Shown: one piece after another, positions 38,901-50,900 of the stretch
Position numbering within the stretch: the stretch's first letter is position 1
How the letters are laid out: each line of letters opens with the position of its first letter
Assembly: GCA_002633005.1 (NCBI GenBank)
Contig: NMRA01000249.1
Coordinates: 395,762 to 459,761 of the forward strand
DNA length: 64,000 nucleotides
Direction: 5' to 3'
From: Phoronis australis
Taxonomy: Eukaryota; Animalia; Phoronida
The notes under the pieces: generated by a model
Database searches by the model: none
The model's input: only the letters and a program-made list of their open reading frames with translations
Told to the model about the DNA's origin: nothing
Made by a program: the position numbers and the translations under genes

Positions 38901-41900
38901 TTTTAGCTTAATAAACATTAGCATTCAGCGCCCCCTCTTGAATCGGGACCTACAATGTAGGCCTCCACTTACAAGTACCTCCCATGTATTCAAACATTCT
39001 TAAACAGCGGAATGCGGGGAAACCCTCATTCATTGACAAAGACCTGGAGGACCAGGTCGAAACGTCTACAAACAACCTACCACGTCTCTAAGTAAGTGAC
39101 AATTATATACTACAATGCCTCTACAGACCAATGACGAACCTAGGTCATGGGGACTGTTCCATGAAGTGACTTAAAGGCGAAGGCAACCTTTTTCCATGTC
39201 ATTTTGAGCTAAAATAAGGTTGGTTGGTTATCCTAGACATATTTTCCACTTAATTACAGCTTTTCGTAATTCTATTAATTACTCGTCCGCTACTCCGGAA
39301 GTGACGTTTTAGGAGGCAAGCAATTCGCGCCAATTTCTTTTCATATAGTCCGACTGTGAAAGCTGCCGAGTCAGTCATTGTTCTACCTCGGTTGTGTTAA
39401 GTTCCGATGTCGTTTGCTTTCATTTACTAGTCAGTCAACATGCCACACTGTTGCTGCGTACCGGGATGTACTAATTATCGGCTCACGCGCGCTTTAGGAG
39501 TACCTTTGCATCGCTTTCCGATGGATGACACACTTCGCCGTACTTGGCTCGTTCGTGCGAAGAACGCAGAGTTACCCGACCACGCAACGTACAAAGCAAT
39601 GGAGAATTACAGTGTGTGTGGCAAGCACTTTCTGCCGTCCGATTACGAAAGGGATTTGTACGCTGAACTGATGAAGGTCCCTGCGAAACATTGTCTGAAG
39701 AAGGATGCCATTCCGTCTGTGTTGATTCCCGGCAGTGCCCCGTTGCCACCCCCGAGAAGTGCGTTTTTGAAACGAGAAGCTTCGCAAGCTGTGGCCAGTA
39801 CAGTGACTGGATCCAGTGGAGACACTTCATATACTGTCACCCGTGCCTCCGAACGTACCCCAGAGCGTTCAATTTCTGGAACCAGTAGTGATTCGCCCTG
39901 TGCTGTTTTCTCCAGCCCAGAGCCTCTAAGCAGCCCTGCAGCGATATTGAGTAGTGGGAGTGATTACAGACTCAGTTCGACACCCAGTGAAGAGGACAGT
40001 TCGTCGTCCAGTGAACACATCGGTGAGCCAAACTTTGATAAGTTTATTGTGGACTTGTCTAAAGTGTTGGAGCTATTTAGAAGGTGTCAGGTGTGTGGCG
40101 AGGGAGTCACACGACACGATGTAAGCAGTTTGGGTGCTCAGGTTACCATCCAGTGGGAGTGTGTCGCGGGACACTCTGGCAAGTGGGACAGTTGTTCCTC
40201 TGTCCGTGGTATGCCGGAGGTCCACTTAACCATGTCCAGTAGTGGCTTGGCCTCGTCGAACTCTGAACAGCACAAGCATTCCATTGAGGTAGGCATAACA
40301 ACGCCCACAGTGCATTTGCACCAAGATGTGTCACCACGTCTGTTCTCAGTAGCCGCCTCGTTTCTCTCAATAGCTGCCTATGCCTGCGCGTACTCTGCCT
40401 CGTTATACTCGGGCTCAAACATGTACCCACCCACTGAATGTCCGTGAAAAAAATCCTCGTCACCACTGCTGTGAACAAGGTCCCCGTTACTCACACTACT
40501 GTCACTGTGATACGGGTCACCGACTCCAGCCATTTTCAGCTTACAACACACTAAACAATCCCTAAATCCAACGTAGTTGAGTTCTCTACTGACCTATCTT
40601 GCCGCAGAATACTCGCCGATGGAAAGTGGTGGCGACAATTGTTGAAAAACAACACAAAACAAAAGTAGAATAGAACAGATTCGCAAGGTAAAGTCAACGC
40701 AAAACCAAGTGGCGGGAAACGCTTGCCTCCTAAAACGTCACTTCCGGAGTAGCGGACGAGTAATTTATAAAATTACGAAAAGCTGTAATTTAGTGGAAAA
40801 TATGTCTAGGATAACCAACCAAATTTATGTTAGCTCAAAATGACATGGAAAAAAGTTGCCTTCGCCTTTAAGATTGATAAATGAATTGGCCTTTCTCTCC
40901 ACGTAAGCATTGCCAAAAATAGTTGAAACTCATATAAAAATTCTTTGAGAATCACTGTTATTTACTGAGATATGTTTTATGAGTTAGTTTTTGACTGTCA
41001 TGCGCTCATGATTACTTGCATAAAACTGTATACAGCAATCGCGAAATGGGAGCGTAAGGCCGACTTTCTGTTGTTTAGTCACTTTTAATGAGAAACGGAC
41101 CCCAGAAACTGCATATGTCAAAAAAATGTAGAATGAGTCTTCGGCGGAATGCAGCACAACCGGTTGGCGGTTGCATGTCACTGACTCCAAACTCTCCCCT
41201 CTTTGTATACACTGAGAACTGAATAGGTCAACATGTTGATGTTGCTGCTTGTAAAGCTAATAACTGGAAACTTAATCGAGCTGGCCAATCGCAGATTTAA
41301 TCGTTAATTTATGCTAAATGTTATATTGCTGCAGGTCACCTGATTGGAAAGTGAAATCAAATGAAATCGTCACTGTCGTTGCCTGAAGTTTCCAAAATAC
41401 ATATCTAGACAAAGTACTGGTGGTAATTCCGGGGGTGGAACTACAGCTGAAAGCTGACCGAGAGGAAATTTCGCATAAAATTTACCCCTCGGGTTAGCCG
41501 TTACAAGGCAATTTAGTCGTGTGATAAATATCAAGCACGATGCAAAAGTAATTTCACCTAAAATACCTGCACATTACGCGAACGGTTAACAGTCCGTGGA
41601 ATAGCTAATGATGATGGTCCATTCAGTACAAGAGTGCGAAATAGTCGTAGAAATTAGATATATGAGTGGTATAGTATACATGTAGGTTGCAATCGAAAAC
41701 AAATAATGATAAGTACATGTAACAATGATGGGCGATAAAACACCCAGTATAACAACAGCAGATAGTTTTGAAATATAGCAGGTGTTTCCCTATGGAGATG
41801 GCCAGTTTCAACCAACACAGCTACAACTGTGCTCCCTAGTGCCAAACTCGTGTGTTACATTTGTCTGTGTAACTCCCGAATTCCTCGATGTTTTTACTTG

Positions 41901-44900
41901 AAGTTGGTCAAACAATTATCTTACGAAACCGACACCATCTTACCCTCTTGTCATTTATTCGACATACCGTGCACCAACAAGTGGCCTTTTTAATTAGTTA
42001 AACTGCGCCTCTTGCAAGATATTTTTGTCATTTTGAAATTGCATGCCCCTGAACTTCCAAATTGGACCAGGGAGAGTTTTGGGAAGGCCATGGCCCCCTT
42101 AGTCTCTTCTAAACCCGTCACTGATTGTACACTCGAGTATAGATTTACAGTCTTGTGTTTTACACTTCCATGTCAAATCTGCGTAAAGTTACATTCCGGT
42201 GTCCATTCCATGCATCATCTTCTAATAGAAAGAGTTTCTTTTCAATGTAAATCGCATGTTGGCCTGTATGAACGGTTGGAAACGAACTCAAACGAAATGT
42301 TCAGGAGCGCGACCAAATGCAAAATTGTGTGGCTGGCTACCTGAAATTATTTTCCAAAAGACAGGAGGAGGGTGCAAGCGTAAAAGAGAAATAAGATTCC
42401 ATTATCGTAAGGTTGTTGTAATCGAGAAAGGTGCCTGATGGGCCGTAGTACCCCCACTTGGCTGCTTATTAATACGCCTATATACGTGTATGTGATAGTT
42501 GGTCTATTTATTTCAGCCACAACCAGACCCAAACCTCCTCCATTTAGCTGTCCTCCGAGTAATACAGTGACAGGTAGGACTCACCGTGAGCTTTATTTTT
42601 TTAGACTACATGTATATTAGTGATAGCTACGACGGCCATGTATCTTTTGAACATTTTGCCTCAGCAAGAATCGTGCTGCTATTGATGTCTAGGGCAGACA
42701 CTAATAGTTTAATTTTTCCAACGACTTGGGTATCAGACGGTAATTGCCGTTGTGTCGTAAAGAAATCACGTGGGTCGAGAATTGTTCATCTTAATTCAAC
42801 ATTCCAGCATTGCCTAAACTAATCGTCTTTGAGATTCACTCAAGACAGCCCATTTTCATGTATCACAAAGGCCAAAGGACAAGCTTGAACAGTCAGTTAG
42901 GGAACTATATACACAGCGAGAGTGGCGTACAGGAATCAATATCCTATGAGACATTATTCCGCGTACCGACCGAGACCGAAGGTCGAGGTTGATACGCGAA
43001 ATAAGGTCGAGTGGGATATTACTTCATGTGTGCCACTCGAGGTACCTGTTGTATTTATCCCATACGCTTCGAATTCCTGAGTTTCTTTCATTTTCTGTAA
43101 ATTTTGTAATACATCGCTCAGATTGTTCTTGTGGCGGATCACATCCTGTATGCATCTACTTGCACGTTAGGCTGCAAGTTTTCTCTAGTAAAATAAACAG
43201 TTTTAAATGTGACGATTTATGACTTGAAAAGAAAAAACAAATATGAAAACAAGGGTAACTTTTCATTGAACTTGTAACATCTCCTGAAAATAGTTAAATA
43301 ACAACAATATTTAATATTGTAGTTAACGAGGAATCGGCGCCTGTGTTGCAGACGATAAAATATTTAGCAAATGAAAACTGAGACAGAACTGCCATATAAT
43401 TAACAGTCTTGCTCCATATATTACGATTTAGACATGATTGTATGTTGAGCGTTATTTACACTGCTGTACATGTAATTGTATTACTTTAAACTATTTTCTG
43501 AAAGTTTGGTGATCGAACAAGCTAACGACTTCGAGTCGAAATTGACCTACCTTTTGAATTTTCCATGTCAGGGGTCACTGTTGAAGTAGTGTGGTGGGTG
43601 AATACGGATAACGTTATTACATGGCCGTATTTCCCTCGACAGATTCAAGGCGTATGAGATAAATTGCTATCTACTTTGTTTTTGTTACATTGGTCGCGTT
43701 ATTGCTGCCTGAAGTTACATTCTCATTTCAGAACGCATGGCATACTTCCAAATTAATTCAACACTTTGTGGTGGTCAAACTAACTCATCGGTGAACATAA
43801 GTGATGAGTGCTTACGTAACCTTGGACACATCACAGGATTGAGGAAGGCTATGAGTCATTTCACACTTGGGTGCCAAAACATCCCCTACATTCCAACTTG
43901 TGATATAACTCGGATCAATGTTAGTATTTTCTTTTTAATTTGATGATGATCATGATCTAGAAGCCATCTCAGACCGGGACGTTCACACACTCTGAAGCAT
44001 ACAAGTACTAAACTTTACCAGCCATACATGTACATGTATGTTCAAAACCAATGATACCACCAACGCCACATATAATTACTCTATATTACCGAGATGTAAT
44101 ATTGTATAATGATGATTTTTTTCTTTTTTAACACCTGCAAACACTTCATCATCGGAATGCCAGTGGACTAAAAGTCCTACGTCGTTACTCACTGAAATGC
44201 ACAAAACCGTTGTCGCATTTGTGCTTCCTAGTAATGTTTTAATACACTACTCTAAATATGTCAGAATATATCCGGTGTACGTGTATTTGATTTTAAGTCT
44301 ATGCAAATATAGGACTTCATCAATGATATTGTGCATTTATATTTTGAGTTATGAAAATAATATGTTTTGCAACAGCAGAAAGTTTGTAGAATTGATTTTT
44401 TAATTTTTACTAATGTTGTTAATTGGGTTATGTACTTTCATCAAAGCTCAACGCACAGAAAGATGCATTGGTAGCATGATCATCAACTTGTATTCGCTAA
44501 AAAAGAAAGTGAGAAATCAAATACCTAGAGCATTCCGAAACATGTAATCATTTCGTTCATGGGTGAAATGCATCTCATTAAATTCCAAAAAACACATAAT
44601 TAGATAACCATTCCTTTTAGACAAAGCTGGAATGTTTAAAATGTATTCATAACAAGGTCTGAGAACTGGACTTAAATCATAAAGTTAAGCATGCATCCTA
44701 AGAGCCGTTTCTGGGATAAAATGTTTAGAAATCAAACAAACTTGGCCATTCTCAGAGGGTTCTAGAGAGCCTTGACAAACACGTTGCATAAAGATCATCA
44801 GCGCCTAGAATAAAAACTTTTAAGGTTAAATCGGTTAAAAACCCATCACAAGAGAACTTGGGGTGCACTCTACAATGCATGGAAATATGTCTGGCGTAGT

Positions 44901-47900
44901 CTGCACGGCGGATGTGGGTCCTCGGGACCTTCGTAAGGTGACCAAAATGAGTTGAATGACATGTTAAAGGTGCCGGTCAAAATTGATATAAAACCAACTA
45001 ACGTTCAAAACTGATTATTGAATGACCCCTGACTGACAAAGTCCCTCTAGATTAGTCCCGCGACAAAAGATTCCAGAATAGACCTCAAACATCCTTGACT
45101 ACGTCAAACGGTCATGGTACAACAAAACATCTTCTGGCGGAGTCAATGCCTCTGATAACTAAATGCCATTTGACAGATATAGTAAGGTTCAGCTTGAGCC
45201 CCAGAAGTTGACACGCACAAAATCATTTTGCTTGAAAGTATCAGATCGAAGACACTTGGCTTAGCTTCATTGGATTGATGTATTGTGCCAGCTATGAATG
45301 GATGTTTGACTGAGGCATCTGTACCGATACATATTTAGGTGAGGTAGAGCAGCAATTTGATGCATGAGCTGTGTCTTTTGGCATAGGTGAAGGCAATATC
45401 ATCGGTGGAAGCGGTGCTGTCTTTTGGTCCATTCCCAGATATAGCGGTGTCCAGTAGTACGATGAAAGATGAGCAGGACACTTGACATAGCTTTCACAGC
45501 TTGGACTTCGGATCATACGTGTTGAACGGAGCTGGGATTGGGTCATTAATATTCATCAGTTATACGATTCGGTCTAGCGTTCTAAGTACTCATCTCCAAC
45601 ATCCAGTCAAGGAGTATGGTAAAACTGGACTTTCATTAAAAAATTCACCTTGTCGAACAAGATTGGTCGACGCGCAAAACTTTCAGGGGAAGAGAATTCA
45701 TTGTGAACGAATATTTTGCTTGTGTAATGGTACCAAGATGGAAACATCTCACCGTGTCCATTAATTAAATCTGTTTTCCTCACTAGGGAAGCACTTCGTA
45801 TCAGTCTTAAGATTTATTTTGTGGACAACTTCCAAGTCTAAATAGCTTACTTGCGAGAGTCGTCATTTTGAAAAGCCCAGTGGCTGTGTTTGAGGGTAAA
45901 ATAATTCTTTTATAGGTTCCTTATAGATTATACTGACTGAATTAGCCTGATAATTGCTACTGACACTATACCTATAAACGTTGCTTTTGTCGGGTGTCGC
46001 AATTAAATTTGGTCAAACAGTGGCGATTACGTAGTCCCAGTACAAAAGGCTACACTTGTTTCTAAGTTAACCCTTGAATGCTAGCGCGTCTGGACATTTT
46101 AGTGCCCGAATAGTTTTCTTATGTTTCCGGTATCAACAAAACAAATTGCGGGTTTGTGCCACAATAAAAACAAGTTTTATTATTTTCCGAGTATAATCGT
46201 TGTTCGAGATGAGACTCGTGAACATCTCTATTGTTTCTGATGAGATGGCAAATTGTGGGAGTCTATTGGAGAGTAGAAATATGTAGGGGTGGAGTGTGTG
46301 TGTGGGGAATGGCAACCACGTTGTAAATGAGGGGCAGTTTGTTTTGAGCACGTCTTTCTTGAAAAGTGGGCCATTTGAGAGAGGTAAGCATAGACGAAAC
46401 ACAGAAGTATCAGGAGTGCTTATTTAGGACGAACTTGGCTGCTTTAGGATGTACTCTTTGAATCTTGTCAACATTAACGCTAGTGGAGGGATCCCAGAGA
46501 GTGAGGTGTTTTCAAGTTTGAGCCTCGCTAGTAAAGTGTAGGTACAGGCTATTGTTTCGTGAAGTGCATAATTGAGAGCGCGTTTATTGAAGCCAAGAGA
46601 TCTGTTTGACTGAGAGGTGATTGTGTATGTGAGTAACCCATGACGTATTTTTGGTAACAGGGACCTTAAGGTTTGGGGCTTAGTTTATGCATTTGAGCAG
46701 TGCGTTGTGAAGACTGTATTTGCATATTATGGGCGAACGTTTTCTGTTCACACGTAGAATATTACATTTGCAAACGCTGAAATATATTTTCCACAATTTT
46801 CCCCATGACGCTAGGGAGTCTAAGTCTTTTCTGGAGTATTTGCCAGTCATGGGAGACTCAATAGGCCTATAGAGGACCGCATCAGCGGAAAGAGACGGAC
46901 ATTTGAAAGAATGGAGTCAGGAAGTTCGGTAATGTTGGGTATGAAGAGTGCACGACCAAGGGCAAGACTCTGGGGCACACATGATTGAATTTGGGGGGTG
47001 AGAGCGTGCCATTTAAGACGACGCCCTCTGTTGTGTGAGAAAGGAAGGTCTGGGTCCAATTGTGGGTGAGCCCCTTACATCGTTGTATCTGATATCTAAA
47101 AAACTTGGAAGAAATATCTTATCAAAAGCTTTGGGAAGTCCAGTACCACGGCTTCGGTTTCAGTGCCTGCCTCCATAATTTGGAGTAAGTCATCTTTCAT
47201 TGTGACAAGTTGTGTTTTGCATGACTTTCGTCTACAAAAACCATGCTGCTAGGTGTAAATTATATTGTTTGGATGAATATGAAGCAAACTGATACTGACA
47301 ACATGTGCTCCAAAAGTTTTGAACTGATGCAGGTGAGTGATATTGGGTGGTAATTTGAAATCAAAGTTTTATCGTCTTTTTCGAAGAGGGTTGGTACATT
47401 TGTAGTTTGCGATTTCGTCGGAACTGATGAGATTTGGTAAAGATATCTTGAAGTTCAGGTGCAATTTCTTCTGCTGCTGCTTTATGAATGTGAGGAGATA
47501 TTAATCTGGCCCAGTGCCTGTGTGGGGTTTGAGATTCTGCAACATTCTGCTTATACCGTCAGTGGAAGAAAGAATATCATGTATGGAGTTAAAGGGGGGT
47601 TGTACCCTTGTTTGACATACCTGTACCATTGTCTTTTGTGAAGACCGAGAAAAAGTGTGTGTTTAATACTGATGATGTTGTTTTGGGTCGGTATATGGGA
47701 TGCCATCTTTTTAAAGGAGCAATACTTGGTGATTCTTTGTTGAGACTTTTAATAAAAGGAAAATAGTCTTTTTGAATGTTAGTTTGGGAAGGTGTAATTA
47801 TATTGTTGATGTAATTCCAGAAGAATTGGCGACTTTCTTGTTGGACTAGTTTCCTGAGATCCAATAAATTTTCTCTGTCTGCTTCATTTTCAGTGTGTTT

Positions 47901-50900
47901 TAGCGGCAAGAAAGTTTTTTTTCTAAGAAAGTTTTTGACTAAACAATTTATTCAGGAAATTCAGTTTTTTCGTCTTGCAGTTTTGTGAAGGGTGAAACGC
48001 TTAGTGACATCACGAACATATGTTGCAAGGACAGACCATTTGTTATTTTCTGAGGAGCAACAAGTTTGTTCTAGGAATGTACCTTCGAAATTAGCCATGT
48101 ATGTTTTAACAAACCTGTTTTTCTTTATTCAATAGATATATTTTAATAGGTTTTTAATTTTGGGTGGCAGGATTTACTTCGGTTTCTGTAAAGACAATAT
48201 CGTTGTCAGTAATGCCAGGGATGACCTAAGATTCGACTAGGCTTCTGGGATTGTTTGCTAGAAGGATATCTAGTATACTGTTTTCACGTGTAGATTTTGT
48301 TACACTTTGTTGAAGGACATAGTTTTGGATGTCGACAAGACGTTTGTCACAGAGGTTTCTATTAGGTGTGTTTGGAGGGGTTCAGTAGGAGTTCCGGTCA
48401 ATAAGGGGGCCGATGTAAAATCAGACATTTTCATTTTTAAGCTTATTGATGGAAGAACTGAGGTGTTCGATAGATTCACCAATGTCAACTGAGGCCGGTA
48501 GTACGTGTACACAGCAAGATACATGTCACAGGATCTCTTATATTTAGCCACACTATTTCACGATATGTGAGTGCAGTGGGTTAAAGAGAGCTTGCGTATT
48601 CATTCTTAATGGTGATTAAGACGTCACCACCAGGTTCTCCAACACTAGGATAAAGAGTTAAGTGTGACTCCATATAAAAACCAACAGGTAGAGTCTATAC
48701 CCAAAATCACATTGGTTTGTTAAGATGTAGAAAAACCTCACTTTTTAAGAATTTTCATTCATTACTTTTGTTTTTGTGACCTATACCTCCATTTTGCAAC
48801 AAAATTGGGCGTTGAAGTAGGCATTTTTGAATGCATTTTTAAATTTGTACGTTTTGTGAGGCAAAAAGGGCTATTTTTCAGATTTCACTGAAGCCATTTT
48901 CGGCCAAATTTGGTACTCTGTAGCAGCCATAACGTACCTTTCCTGAAATTGACTTTATAAAAATTCATTCAGTCATTCCTCACCTCTTCATAACCTAAAA
49001 TAAAAAATCTTGACTCTAATGTAGCGTCTACGAAGCATTACACGAACTGCACTTCGTCCTTTTGCATGTTCTCAGTTGCCTCTGCTACCAATAGGGGGCT
49101 CTTGGAACATATAATTAGTTTGCAAAACACGAAATAAAAACCTTGTATTTTGGAGAAAAAACAGACAGCATTATTAATTACCATTCTCTGAAAACGGCAT
49201 TGATGATTATTGCAAACTGGCATGCGTGCTTCTAAATGATAGATGGCACTACTTTTGCTTACGTGGAGACTGAAGACGCATCTAGAATAAGAACATTAAC
49301 ACGAGGACCTTGCTACATGTATGATTCAAGACTTTGCGAGATATTGCCGAGGCGAGAGAGTTGTTGTCCCTTCTTGCATGCGGGCTCAAATGAAGAATCT
49401 CCTTCATGAGCCACACCTTGGTGTTGAAAGTACTTTACGTAGAGCACGAGAAGGCTTATACTGGCTTGGGATGACTGATGAAATATAACAGCTCATTCAA
49501 CAGTGTGATGCCTGCAGAACTTACGACAGGGCAGGGCACAGCCAAAGGAATCCCCGCGCTCACACGATACCCTTTCTCGCCCCTGGGAGATGGTGGGCAT
49601 TGTATATTTTCCCTTGATGGTGTGGACTATTATATTCTTGTCGAGATTACTACTCTAACTTCTGGGAAGTGGATCGTCGTCCTTCATTGTCTGTGTCTGT
49701 TATCATTAAAAAGATAAAACCACATTTAGCTTGTTATGGAATTCCTTCCGCGATCATGTCAGATCCAGGAAGTCAGTACACCAGCATGGAATTCCGATCC
49801 TTCATACACAAGTGGGATTGTACCCATCACATGAGCTCGCCGAAACACTCCCATTCAAATAGAAAGGTCGAGTCAGCGGTCAAAGCAGCCAAGACTTTAC
49901 TTCGCAAGTGTAAAAGATCTCAGACGGATCCCTATTTGGCAATTCTGGAGTCACGTGATAACCCCCAACAAGGTGTGGGTAGTAGCCCAGCTCAACGATG
50001 ACTCGGTCGCCGCACACGATCTCTGGTGCCTATCACAGCAAGATTGTTGGCTCCACGTGGCGAGACCTCACACTCGTGTTAGAGCATCAGTTACAAAATG
50101 AAGGAAATGGCCCGTTTACAAGCTCAACATTACGATCAACATGCCAAGGACATACCTTACCTTCTGGAAGGTGAGTCCGTGCGGATTAAACCAAGCCAAC
50201 TTGGCATTAAAGAGCGGGAGAAAGGGTTTCTGACAAAGCGTCTTGGTGACAGATCTTATGAAGTGCAAACCCCTAACAGATGCTACACACGCAATAGGGT
50301 GCACCTCTGCAAGTCCTATGAGCCTCCATCCACTGTATCGGGCGAGCCTCTGTCTGTGGCACCAACCCGCGTTGATAAATTATCTAGTGATTCGACAACA
50401 CATGTTCCCAACAGACCTGTTCGTAATCGACGACCACCATCCTACTTAAAGGACTATGCCGCGGTTTAGTGTACCTCATGTGTGAACTATTCACTCTCAA
50501 CAATAAACTTCGTATATCTAATTTAAGTTTTGTTTTATTACTTTAGTTTACTTTTTATTTTTCTGGAGAATGTTTCAATATTGCTTTGTTTTATCGCTAC
50601 TCAATTGATGGCGTTGCTAGTATGTAATTAGCTGTTTCCTGTTCCGCAATATAAGTGTCATGTCGGCGAACACGTTTATGTTTTACTCGCACTAATTACA
50701 GTAAGTCTTGAAACAGCCACATTACTAGAAGAGGCAACAATGTCTTGATTCATCCAAGACTTAAAACATAACGATCTAACTTTTACATGTAACTTCAACC
50801 ATATTTCTGTGGAATTCACTTCCGGGTCATTGAGAGACATTGAACAATAAACCTATGGCCTATTGGGGGAAAAGATAACTGCAATTTTACTTATTATTTC

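Larger units (their letters stand above)
39175..40867 (+). mobile_element. Kolobok DNA transposon, central-deletion derivative
   Basis: TTAA TSD (39171-39174, 40868-40871), AG…CT termini, ~147-bp near-perfect TIRs, THAP ORF on + and KolX relic on -. Confidence 0.92.

Noticed and set aside
37432-42516. Two separate tandem genes instead of one two-module gene
   Set aside because: No second signal-peptide exon or first GPI-tail exon was found in this interval, and exon 5 splices in frame to exon 6; not fully excluded without transcripts
44800-45900. Possible second LINE reverse-transcriptase relic on the minus strand
   Set aside because: Only vague motif resemblance; not supportable by eye
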